Assembly: GCA_001724265.1 (NCBI GenBank)
Contig: MEDY01000331.1
Span: 1-33,263, forward strand
Reading direction: 5' to 3'
Length of the DNA stretch: 33,263 nt
From: Rhizaria sp. SCN 62-66
Lineage: Eukaryota
The notes under the pieces are model-generated. The model worked only from the letters and a program-made list of their open reading frames with translations, ran no database searches and was not told the origin of the DNA. The position numbers and the translations under genes were made by a program. The first letter of the stretch is position 1. Each line of letters begins with the position of its first letter. Positions 22,283-33,262 of this stretch are shown piece after piece.

Positions 22283-24280
22283 TCACTTTTTGGCGTTTTT
22301 CTTCTTTCCGCCAGAAATAACCACAGGCACATCTTGCCCGCCGCCGACACTGGCGCTCGCACTGCGGCCAGCAGCAGCGCTGCCGGCATTGCTCGCTTCC
22401 GCCGTAGCCGCGTCCGCAGCGACGGACTTACTGGTCCCCGCATACCCCTCGTAGAAGTACTTCTTGGTGTTGGCTTTGGCCAGCGCGTGACCAGCACTTC
22501 CCGGACCGGCGGAGCCGCCGAGCACGCTGCGGGCGAACTGCGCGTCCGCCTCAGCCGTCGCCGCGTCCGCCGCCGAGGCCTGCAGCCACGGGAACTGCGG
22601 CTGCGCAGGGGAAACGGCCAGCGCGGTCACCGCTCTGCCGCCGTCACCGGCACCGCGGTCACCGGCGGTGGCGTCGGGGGGCCGGTACAGCCCGGCGCCC
22701 GAGGGTAGCGAGCCGACCGCGCCCGCGCCGCTCTTGGCGCTGAAGCTGCCGGGCTTGTAGCTGCCGGGCGTGGAGCCCGCGAGCGAGGAGTTCCGGCTCC
22801 GCTGCGCCTGCTGCGGGTCGCCAGCGCCGGCGACGGCCACACCGCCGCCCGCCTCGCATGTGCCGTCGCTGTTGTAGCTGTACGCGTCGCCGTTGTTGCA
22901 CCCGCTGTTCCGATTGCCGTTGTTGCTGACAGCGCTGTTCTGTGTGTTGCTGCGCTCGCGCGCCTTTTGTGCCGCGTAGTAGATATTCACACCCGAAATC
23001 TCGTCGAACATCTCGTCTTCAGCCGCGGCGGGCTCAATCACCGGCTTGTACTGCTTCTTGCCCCCCGCCGTGCCGAGACTCGCGCCGACGGAGCTGCCGC
23101 TCAGGACGTGGCCGGTCTTGTTGCTGAAGCTCGTGCGGCCCGCAGATCCGTTGGTTGCGGCCGCGGCGGCGGCTGGGGCTGAGGAGACGTTCATCGGGCC
23201 GTTTGAAGGCCCCGCACTGTACACCTGGCCGTTGAGCGACACAAAGCCTGCCGCGGTCGAGTTGGCCGCGGCCGCCAGTGGGGCCACGGCGGCAGAGTCG
23301 CTCCGACTCATGTCGGTATTGTTGTGATCCGAGAACTGCACGTAGTCAGCGCCGCCGTCGTTGCTGCCGTCGTCGCCGCCGCCGCTGCTGTCGATGCGGA
23401 ACTCTGGCGCACAACAGTCACAGTAGCGCGCCTTGACGCGCCGCAGCAGCCGCGCCCACAGGGTGAGGTTACGGCCCGAAAAGGCGAAGCAGAAGGTGAC
23501 CCAGAGCCCGCACGAGGCGAGCATAAACGTGTGGGCAATGGTAAGGCTGTAGTTGTAGCGCGAGGTGTAAGAGCTGGAGATGCGGACCGTGAGCAGGGTG
23601 GTGAAGTAGGCGCAGAAGACGATCATGAAGAGCATGTAGCGGCCCGAGACGATCGTGAGCAGCGTGCGGCGCGCGGTGCCCAGGTCGGCACGGTGCGCGT
23701 GGTACTGGTGGTACAGTGAGGACGGCAGCAGGTAGAACATGACGATGCCGACGAGCACGAACCATGAGTAGAAGAGCACGAACTGGGAAAAGGCGCTGTG
23801 TTCCGAGGTCGCGACGAAGCAGAACCAAGACTTGCGCTCCATGTCGATCTTGTCCCACAGCGCGGCGATGAACAGGAACACAACAGGGAGCCCAAAAGAC
23901 GCGGTGACGTAGGTGCTCTCGGCGGCCTTCATGTCGCCCGCGACGCGGCCCTGCGTGATCGAGAGGTGGAAGTTGAAGCAGATGAGCATTCCCCAGAGCC
24001 ACGTGGCGAAGGCAAAGTAGTACATCCCCACGGCCTGCAGCACGCACGGGCAGTTGTTCACGCCCAGAATCGTAAAAAACGCCATGCCGGTGGTGGAGAA
24101 TCCCAGATAGGCGGGGAGCCGCGTGGGAAAGTGCCGCCGCGAAGGGAAAATGGTGTATGAAAGCAGCGTGAAGACCGAGGCGAGGAGCGAGATGTAGGCG
24201 AAGATGTGACCCACAGTCCGCGAGTCGTCCTGGAGCGCCGCCAAGTTCAGCGCCAATGGGTGGGCAAGCAGGGACGACAT
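22283..24280 (-). CDS. Seven-transmembrane GPCR-like receptor (cAMP-receptor/GCR1/frizzled-like clan), 665 aa with long disordered C-tail
   Basis: Seven hydrophobic segments in the first ~270 aa; RRHFPTRL in loop 1, CVLQA..MYYF...TWLW...ICFN at TM3, WFCFV in the second extracellular loop, YCDCC after TM7. Single exon, stop TGA. Confidence 0.82.
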   Translation of the reverse strand: MSSLLAHPLALNLAALQDDSRTVGHIFAYISLLASVFTLLSYTIFPSRRHFPTRLPAYLGFSTTGMAFFTILGVNNCPCVLQAVGMYYFAFATWLWGMLICFNFHLSITQGRVAGDMKAAESTYVTASFGLPVVFLFIAALWDKIDMERKSWFCFVATSEHSAFSQFVLFYSWFVLVGIVMFYLLPSSLYHQYHAHRADLGTARRTLLTIVSGRYMLFMIVFCAYFTTLLTVRISSSYTSRYNYSLTIAHTFMLASCGLWVTFCFAFSGRNLTLWARLLRRVKARYCDCCAPEFRIDSSGGGDDGSNDGGADYVQFSDHNNTDMSRSDSAAVAPLAAAANSTAAGFVSLNGQVYSAGPSNGPMNVSSAPAAAAAATNGSAGRTSFSNKTGHVLSGSSVGASLGTAGGKKQYKPVIEPAAAEDEMFDEISGVNIYYAAQKARERSNTQNSAVSNNGNRNSGCNNGDAYSYNSDGTCEAGGGVAVAGAGDPQQAQRSRNSSLAGSTPGSYKPGSFSAKSGAGAVGSLPSGAGLYRPPDATAGDRGAGDGGRAVTALAVSPAQPQFPWLQASAADAATAEADAQFARSVLGGSAGPGSAGHALAKANTKKYFYEGYAGTSKSVAADAATAEASNAGSAAAGRSASASVGGGQDVPVVISGGKKKNAKK

Positions 24281-26009
24281 CGGGCGACGCGGGTGGTGGC
24301 GAGGACGGGGACTGGCCGCGGGGGACGAGGGAGGTTAAGTTGTGGACTCAGGAGGTGGCCGCGCGCGGCGGGGATTTAGGCCTGGAAGCGGGAAAAATGA
24401 ATGACGCAAGGCAAATAAGGATGCTTATATAAAATAAAACAGTGTTTTGTGAGTTCACAAAGTAAGTTTGTTCGCAGACACTCAATGGGAGGCTGGAGCA
24501 CAGGAGAAGTCGACGTGGGGGTGGAGGGTTGAGAGAGGTGACATATGGTCAAGTCAGAAAAGAGTCATCAAGCGACACAAGCATGGTTCCATGAGATATT
24601 ATAAAGGACACATATGTAAACACCACGGATAAAACAAGCACTGACATGGCTGTGCTACTGACGGTTGGGAAGATGTATTTTAGGTGTTACAAATTTGTAA
24701 GACGTCGCTTTTGAGTCGACCTGCCTGTCAAAACGGAGATCGAGGTCATGAGGCAAAAGGTGCACAACGGACCAGAACCAGGGCCTCTGGAGCTGTGTGT
24801 CTAATTAGTTGCTTCAAATGAGCGTATGCTTATCATACTTTAATCGTTTTGGTGGGAAATCGATTTGTCAACTGTGAGGTTAATTGCGTTGAGACCATTG
24901 CTTGGTGAGACCATGTTTGGTGTTCCTGAAGAGTCCCGAGCTAGGCTTCACTGATATACAGTCACACCAAAAGAGCAGAACCGCAACCTTTGAGTTATTT
25001 TCCCCGGTTGATAACTAATTCACGTTTGTTGTCATGTCGTGTTGCCCCTGGTTTCGTCACTCTGAGCGACTGACCCACATTGTCACAAGGCCGCTGGAGA
25101 GGTTGACTCAAACCGTTTGCCTTGCGCGACACTTCAGCAGCTTGTGTGGGGCTGCTACCGCTACCTGGTTTTTCGGTTCATTCATTATATTTCTTGCAGC
25201 TTAAACTTACTATTGGCACCACTGGTATGCACATAGACTCTGTCGTTGTCAGCTCTTCTGCTCTGAACATGTTTTGGAGATATCTCGCGTTGAAACGATC
25301 CAAATCTTGCGCATACAAAAAGATTTAGGATAAATATAGTCCATTGTAAGACGATTTTGTTTTCAATTTTGAAATGACGACCGTGAAGATGATGGAGCCA
25401 TGCTTCATTATGTTTTCACCACAAATTGTTTGAGTGAGGTGTATATTGTATGGGAGACGAGGCACCACATCTTCAGCAATCTTCAGAGTAGCCGCGTCGC
25501 TGTTGTTAGCGCAAAAGACGTTATTCTTAGCTACAATGACGTGATTATAACAGTGGGACATATTTTCCGCTTCCCCCGAGCCATTTTTTATGATGTATTT
25601 TCCTCTTCAAGAGGTTGCCGCAAAGACCTCGTCGACTCGGTTTTGTCTTCCCTATTTTCGTTTGTATACGGGACCAGCATTGATTTTTATTACATTTGCT
25701 TGTAGAGGCCGCGTGATAACTTTGGGCTATATTGCAACTCAGGGCAGCACTCTTCAATGTCACGTCTCTGCATCACTTAGCATGTTTATCCACAAGTCAT
25801 GCCGAATGCCGCAAACAGTCGCCTCCTTTCGCACATCTCGTGCTTGTCGCTGCCTCCGGGCGTGAAACGCATGCACCACACTCTATTGTCTATGTTGTAC
25901 TATATGCATGTCTTCTTAGCGTGTGCTGCTTTCAATGTGTGCGTATTTCGTTGCGAAACTGTGCTCACCTCACCTCTCTGGGTCAAAGTCAAGTCTCCCC
26001 ACGCCTGTA

Positions 26010-26039
26010 CCATGAGATCGCACACCATGAGATCGCACA
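26010..26039 (+). repeat. Perfect 15-bp tandem duplication
   Basis: CCATGAGATCGCACA twice in direct succession. Confidence 0.8.
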
Positions 26040-26970
26040 TCTAACGACGTGCTATGATCTGATGCTACCTTGATTTAACGCAACACTAATCAATTTTTTT
26101 CTAGTTGGCCTGCGTCAGATGTTGTGGTTTTGTCCCACATTGCGCTGTTTCTATCGCAACACCGTCATCGATCCGTTGGCGCGCACCTGCTGTTTGTGGC
26201 AGTTCTTCTTGACTCTTGACAACGACGTTTGGCACATCCGATCATGTTTCCACGTTGTCTACGTCCGCATCGCGCGAAGTTATTTGTCCGGTTTCTGATT
26301 TTTTCCACGCTTTGCGCATGTGTTTGGCGTTTTGCGTCTCGCGCCGTGTTTGTTTTACTCCGTGACTTGCGTATTTGTTGCCCCCTCTGTCAACACGCTC
26401 TCTCTGTCGTTTTAACGCGCGTACATTGAGCTAAGGTGTAGAGTTTGCGACGTGTGGTGTGAATTAACTGTATTAGTGACAATGTGACGTGCATTTACTC
26501 ATATGTGTGACGTGTTTAACTCGGGGCACGTAGCATCGCCGTCGCCTCCGTCGCCACCGTGGTCGCAACCGTGGTCGCCACCATAGCCGCCACAGCAGCC
26601 ACACTATGGGTGCCATTACACTACCCGTCGCCTGACGTCATTCATGCTTCTGTGTTGTGTTTTTGTTTCAGACAAGTTTTTGTAATAACTAAGTCACATA
26701 GTCGGAAATGTCAACTTTTGTCAGTTGAGTATCATTTTTTTTTCTTTGACACGTTCCCAACATTGTCATGACGCTCTTACAGAACATGGAATAACGTGCG
26801 ACGGTCACTCGGCATAAGGAACACGATGCGAACGTGTGTTTTGATCTATTAATACTTTTTGACTTTTGCAATCCTTCGTCCAACAGCTCACTCATTCGCA
26901 ACATCTCTTTGTTCTCTTTTTCCTATTTCTTTTTGTGTGTTTCGTTGCTTCACAGGGTACACCGAGGGAA

Positions 26971-29900
26971 ATGGATCCAATTCCACCTCAACCCTCGAGC
27001 GGTGGCGGTGGCGCTGGCGCTGGCGCTGGCTCCAAGCACGACAGCGAGGGTGACGCGACCGCGGCCACTCTCGCCGCGCTCTCCGCCGCCGCCACGATGC
27101 CCCACAACGACGACAACAACAACAACAGTAGCAAGAGCCGCCGCAACCATGACGCCAAGGGCGGCGAGCAGGGCATCGAGCTGGCGCTGCTGGCGCCTGA
27201 GGCCACCACGGTCGGTTTGCTCCCGTCCGCGCTGGTCTCGCCGCTGCACGACGACGACGAGGACCTCGAGCCCGTCGTGCTGGCCGACGAGAAGGACGAT
27301 GAAACCGCGGAAGAGGCCGCCGAACGCAGGGCCAAAGAAGAAGCCGCGGCCAAGGAGCTGGCGATGTTCAACGCTGTGCCTTTCGGCAAGCTCTTCCGCT
27401 TTGCTGACAACCTCGACGTCACGATGATGTGTTTCGGCACCCTCGGCGCCGTCGGCGCGGGCGCGCTGTTCCCGGCCTTTTCCCTCATCTTCGGCCAGCT
27501 GCTGGACGATCTGAACGGCGACGGCGACTTCATGACCTCTGTGATCAACCTCGCGTACACTTTCCTGTATATGGGCGCCGGTATGGGCGTCGGCGCGTAC
27601 CTTTCCGTGTCGATGTTCATGACAACGTCGGAGCGCCAGTCGAAGATCATGCGCGAGGAGTACCTCTCTGCGCTGTTGCGGCAGGAGATTGGCTGGCACG
27701 ATATGCAGAATACCGGAGATTTGGCGGTAAAGCTAACTTCTGAGACCCGCAAGGTCCAGGACGGTCTTGGTGACAAGTACGTCAATACTGCCTCACCTTT
27801 TTAAGTCTTTGATATGTTTTTTTTGAGATTTGAGAACTTCAATATTATATTAGCACTTCTATATTTGTTTTGAGGTCATCGTTTTTTCATTTATGATTCG
27901 CTCACACATTCTACCGATCTGTTGTCTTTTCGCTGTCATTTTCAGGCTTGCTCAAGTTTTGCAGCAGTCGTCATGCTTTCTTGCCGGCTTCGTCATCGCC
28001 TTTTACAAGGGCTGGGAGTTGACTCTGGTGATTCTTGCGACGCTGCCCGTGCTCATGGCGTGCGGCGCCTTCATGGGCTTCGTCATGGCTGGCGCCAACG
28101 CCGAGGAGCAGAGGAACGACGGTGAGGCCGGCGTCATCGCCGGCGAGGCCATCTCGGGCATCCGCACCGTCGCCGGGCTGCAGTACGAAGACAATCTCAT
28201 CAAGCGCTACATTGCGCGCGTTTCAGACTCGTTTGTCGCCGCCGTGCGCAAGGGCTGGATGCAGGGCGTCGGCATCGGCGCGTTCATGCTCGTCATTTTC
28301 TCAGTCTACGGCCTCGGTCTCTGGTACGGCTCCGTGTTGCTACGCGACGGCAAGGACCGCTGGCCCGGCTTGCCCTACACCGGCGGCGACGTCGTGGCGA
28401 TCTTCTACGCGCTCATCACAGCCACCATGGGCGTGTCGCAGGCCGCGCCGCACTTCGCCGCGATCGTCACCGCGCGCTGCGCCGCGCGCCCGCTGTACGA
28501 CGTCATCGACCGCGTGTCCAAGATCGACGCGCTGGACCGTCTCCGCGGCAAGAAGCTTGCCTCTGTCACGGGCGACATCACGCTCGAGCGCGTTACGTTC
28601 ACCTACCCGTCGCGCCTCGAGACCCAGGTCCTCAAGGATCTGTCGCTGTCGTTTGCCAGCGGACAGACCATCGCGCTCGTCGGCGCGTCGGGCTGCGGCA
28701 AGTCCACGATCATGCAGCTCATCGAGCGCTTCTACGACCCCGACCAGGAGCGCGTCAAGCCCACGGGCCTCGCGGCGGTCGCTGAGGACCACAACGCCGA
28801 TGGCAACAAGGACGCCAGCGCTGCCAACGCTACCGGCGCTGCCGGCGCTGACACCAAGACTGCTTCTGCAGCGGTTCCTGTTTCTGCGACTGCGTCTTCT
28901 TATGCTGCCCCTGCTGCTGCTGCTGCTGTTAATGCTGATGCTGCTCCTGCTGCTGATGTCGCCGCCACCTCTGCTGCTTCCGCAGCTGCTGCTGAGGATG
29001 AGGAGCCGTTCGTGGTTGGCCGCGTGCTTGTGCGCGGCTGCATTGCGAGCGCCGACGGCCCGGGCGAGGAGTGCGATACCGACCTCCGCGAGCTTAACGT
29101 GGCTTCGTGGCGCGAGCACGTTGGCATGGTCGCCCAGGAGCCCGTGTTGTTTGCGGGCACGATTAAGGAGAACATTCTGTACGGCCGCCCCGACGCCACG
29201 GACGACGAGATCCGCGCCGCTACAATCGCGGCCAACGCGCACGGGTTCATCAGCAAGATGAAGAAGGGCTACGACACGTACGTCGGCGAGGGCGGGCGGC
29301 TGCTCTCCGGTGGCCAGAAGCAGCGCGTGGCGATTGCGCGCGCACTGGTCAAGAACCCGCGCATTCTGCTGCTTGACGAGGCGACGTCTGCGCTCGACAC
29401 CGAGTCCGAGCGCATCGTGCAGCGCGCGCTGGACAAGGTCATCGGTGACAAGTCGAGCCGGCGCACGACGCTGGTGATTGCACACCGCTTGTCGACGATC
29501 AAGAACGCGGACCGTATCGTGGTGTTTGACATGGGCCGCATCGTTGAGGACGGCACGCACGACGAGCTGCTCGTCAAGGGCGGGCTCTATGCCAGCATGG
29601 TCCATGTGAACAACACCGACGCGACCGGTGGCGCTAACGGCAAAGCCGCTACTGCAGCAGCGGGCGACGCTGGCACTGATCTTGCGAAGAGTGACAGCGC
29701 TGTGAGTGCGAGCAACAACGACGGCAACGCGAACGACGAGGAGGACGATGAGGAGGACGAGGTTGTGGACGAGGACGGCGGCGACGCCGCTGCTGGCGCT
29801 GCTGGCGGTAGCGTCGCCAGTACTCGAGAGCATAGTCGCGTGTCTCTGTCCGCCGAAAAGACCACTGGCGCCGCCGAGACGCGCATCACGATCCCCGAGG

Positions 29901-32128
29901 GCAACAACACCAGCAACGCGAGCAACGACGCCGACGGCAGCGACGCCGCGGGCCTCAAAGGCGATGACGGCTCGAACAAGGATGACGCTAAGCCGCTCAA
30001 GTCCGGTATGCCAGGTCTGCTGCGCTACGCACGCCACGAGTGGTTCCGCCTCTCGCTGGGCATTCTTTTTGGCATCTGCGAAGGCGTGTCGTTCCCGCTT
30101 TACTCGCTGCTCATGTCCAAGATGACCGACTCGTTCTACTTCACTGACACGAGCAAAATGATGGACGTGACGCGCTGGTACGCCTTCTACTTCTTCCTCC
30201 TTGGCCTCGGCGCCGGGACGGCCGTGCTGCTGCGCTCCGGGCTGCTCGCTATTGCAGGCGAGGAAATGGTGCAGCGCGTGCGCGGAGACCTGTTCAAGGC
30301 CATCATGCGGCAGGAGATTGGCTGGCACGACCGCGAGGCCAACGCCGCCGGTGTGCTGCAGACGAAGCTGTCCGCCGACGCGTTGCATGTGCGCAACATC
30401 GTCACCATGCGCCTCGGTCTGCTCGTCAGCATTATCGCCAACGTGTGCGCCGGCTTTATCATCTGCTTTGTTCGTGGCTGGCAGATGGCGGTCATCATGC
30501 TCGCTGTATTCCCCGCGCTTGCCGGCGCCGGTGTTATGCAGTTCATGTTTGTCATGGGCTTCGGCTCGCGCTCGAAGAAGGCGATTGAACGCGCAGGTCA
30601 AGTGGCGACCGAGTCTGTGGCCAACATCCGCACTCTCGCGTCCTTCAACGGCGAGCTCGCGCTGCTGCAGCGCTTCTCAGCGTCGCTTCAGCAGGGCCTC
30701 GACGTCGGCCTGAGCTCGGCGCAATTCGCCGGTATCGGCTTCGGTGGTGCTAATTTCATTATTTTTGCAGCGTATGCGCTGTGCTTCTGGTATGGTGGCC
30801 GTCTCGTGTACCGCGAGGATATTACCTTCGAGACGATGTTACAAGTCTTCCTGTCTTTCGAAATGTCGTGCATGATGGTTGGCCAGCTTTTCCAGATCCT
30901 GCCTGACTTTGACAAGGTCTCCGCCGCCGTCGCCGACGTCATCGACATCATTGACCGTGATTCGGCCATCGACTACTCGAGCCCCGCAGGCGAGGACGCG
31001 CCCGTGACTGACGGTGAAATCCGCTTTGAGAACGTCTTCTTCCACTACCCGACACGGCCTGACATCAAGGTGCTGCGTGGGTTGTCTTTCACGGCGACGG
31101 GCAAGCGCACGCTTGCCATCGTTGGCGAGTCCGGCTCTGGCAAGTCCACTGTGTTCTCTCTGATTCAGCGCTTCTACGACCCGGTGCGCTCCGTCGAACT
31201 ACCCACCGGCTCCGAGACCAAGATCGTCACTGCTGCCGCCGCCGCCGCGACTGCTGATTTCGCAGCCGACCCCAACGTTGTCTCTGCGGCCACAGTCTCC
31301 GCTGCGCTTGCTGCCGCCGCCGCCAGCTCCGCTGACGCATCCGTTGTTGACACTGCTGCTGCTTCTGCCGACGCCGATGAGCTTCCTGCGGGCCGCGTTA
31401 CGATCGACGGGACTGACCTGACTACGATGCGCCTGGCTCACTTGCGCTCGTTCCTCGGCATCGTCGGCCAGGAGCCAACTTTGTTTTCGGGCACAATTGC
31501 GGACAACATCCGCTGCGGCGACCGCGAGATCACGCAGGACATGATCGAGTCGGCGTGCAAGCTGGCAAATCTGCACGACCTCATCTCGCGCCGCTTCCCT
31601 CGCGGCTACAAGACCCAGGTCGGCCCCAAGGGCGCGCAGCTCTCGGGCGGCCAGAAGCAGCGTGTGGCGATTGCGCGCGCCATCGTGCGGCAGCCCAAGG
31701 TGCTGCTGCTGGACGAGGCGACCTCTGCGCTTGACTCGCGCGCGGAGCGTCTCGTGCAGGATGCCCTGAACAAGGCGATGGAGGGCCGCACCACGGTGCT
31801 CATCGCGCACCGGCTCGACACGGTCAAGCACGCCGATGCCATTATCCTGGTCGCCGAGGGCAAGGTTGCCGAGGGCCCCGCGACGCATGATGAGCTTGTC
31901 GCGCTCGACGGCAAGTACGCCAAGCTCGTCGCCGCGGCTTCGTTGACGGGCTCGCTCGAGGCCGCCGATGCCAAGAAGGACAAGGACGGCAAGAGCGGCG
32001 GCAAGACTGACGGAAAGGGCAAAGGTGGCAAGGATGGCAAGAGCAACAAGGGCGCTAAGGGCGTCGAGGACGCAACGTCTGCGACTGCGGCAGGTGCTGA
32101 TGTCTCCAAGGCGGCCCCTGCAGCGTAA
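26971..32128 (+). CDS. ABCB1: Full-length ABCB (MDR/P-glycoprotein-like) transporter, ~1,662 aa; join(26971..27776,27946..32128)
   Basis: TMD-NBD-TMD-NBD. VPFGKLFRFAD, LRQEIGWHD, Walker A GASGCGKS and GESGSGKS, two LSGGQKQR signatures, two LLLDEATSALD, IAHRL. Phase-2 intron 27777-27945 (GTACGT..CAG). Stop TAA. Confidence 0.96.
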
Positions 32129-32716
32129 TTGCCATATCCCAAACCGTATTTTTCATTTTCTACGTGTTGCGGGTAACAAATGCACTTGTCTGTACATAGT
32201 CTCAGTCGTTCAGTTCATTGCTGTACGTTATCTATTTATTAGTTCTTCGTTTTGCTTTAATTTGAATGTTTTCACTTGTTTTCTCCTGCGTTTTTTGTAC
32301 CTTGATATTTTTTCTTGCTTGTTTGTGGCTGTTATTTTGTTCTGTTTTTGCATCGTTTTCGTGTTTTTTTTTTGGTCGTTGTTGTTGCTTAGTTTTGTTG
32401 TTGTTCTGTTTCTCCCGTGTGTTCAGATCAGAGATGCGTTAAGTCTCAATCAGGAGTCTTCTCTCTGTATTCGTCGACCAATAACTTTTTCTCATTCTAT
32501 TTGTTCATGTTTGTGGTGATCTAGCTCACCTAAGAGTATTGTGCGATGTTTGTTTGACAGCAGTAACCAATGATGCGAGCAAGATCGATATTCTAGCGCA
32601 ACTATATTACGCTGACTATTAAGTACGAAAGACTACAATCAAAGCTATACTCACAAAAAATATAAAACAAAAAAAGGTAAAAGGCAATTGCCAAAACCCA
32701 CCACCGCCAAGTGGTT

Positions 32717-33006
32717 GTGTCTACCGTCTTATAATCAGTTAAATCTGGATTTACTTTTTTTACTAACGGAATAGTGTTGTTAGTGTTGTATTTCGTAATG
32801 ATGTTTTTCCAAACGATACAGACAAGTAGTACACAGATGGCCGACGACGGCCATGGTGGTTGTGCAACCGTCTTGTACAGACAAATTGGACACACCACTG
32901 TTAGTGTTGTGGGCTGTGAGTGTTAACCGTCTTGTACAGACAAATCATACACACCATCACCATCACCACACAAGTGTTGACCGTCTTATACAGACAAGTC
33001 ATACAC
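32717..33006 (-). repeat. Array of four ~33-nt hairpin repeats with unique spacers in a 3' UTR
   Basis: Plus-strand core ACCGTCTT(G/A)TACAGACAA(A/G)T in copies 32861-32894, 32920-32952 and 32974-33006, plus a split copy 32717-32733 + 32816-32834; period 54-59 nt. Confidence 0.85.
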
Positions 33007-33052
33007 GGGGTGTGGGTGGTTGTTGGCAGCCCAGCCGCGCAGAGCCGGGTCC

Positions 33053-33262
33053 TTAGGTGTCACCATGCGTGCAGACGCCCAGGCCGAGGTTCCAGATCTC
33101 CTTGCACGTGCCGGCAGTGGTGCCGCAGTCGGACTGGGTCTCGCAGAGGATACCGCAGAACCAGTAGTCCTCGTACACGAAGGTGCAGATGGCGGGCGCG
33201 CAGAGGGGGTCGGTGGGCTGGACGCAGGTGGAGATGGGAGGGAACTCGACCTCGAGATCGGG
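33053..33262 (-). CDS. C-terminal end of a Cys-rich, probably secreted or lumenal protein (5' partial, runs off the window)
   Basis: PDLEVEFPPISTCVQPTDPLCAPAICTFVYEDYWFCGILCETQSDCGTTAGTCKEIWNLGLGVCTHGDT then TAA; strong GC3 bias, 8 Cys in 69 aa. The pattern recalls the Cys-rich C-terminal extension of some protist papain-family proteases (tentative). Confidence 0.75.
   Translation of the reverse strand, partial: PDLEVEFPPISTCVQPTDPLCAPAICTFVYEDYWFCGILCETQSDCGTTAGTCKEIWNLGLGVCTHGDT

Noticed and set aside
24890-24922. Imperfect ~16-bp tandem duplication (TGAGACCAT..TTGG)
   Set aside because: Two copies only, consistent with local slippage.
28340-30601. 753-aa antisense ORF over ABCB
   Set aside because: Mirror frame of a strongly codon-biased gene; no independent evidence.
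32717-33006. CRISPR array interpretation of the repeat-spacer pattern
   Set aside because: Eukaryotic 3' UTR context, no cas genes, repeats vary with compensatory changes and spacers are low-complexity; an RNA element fits better.
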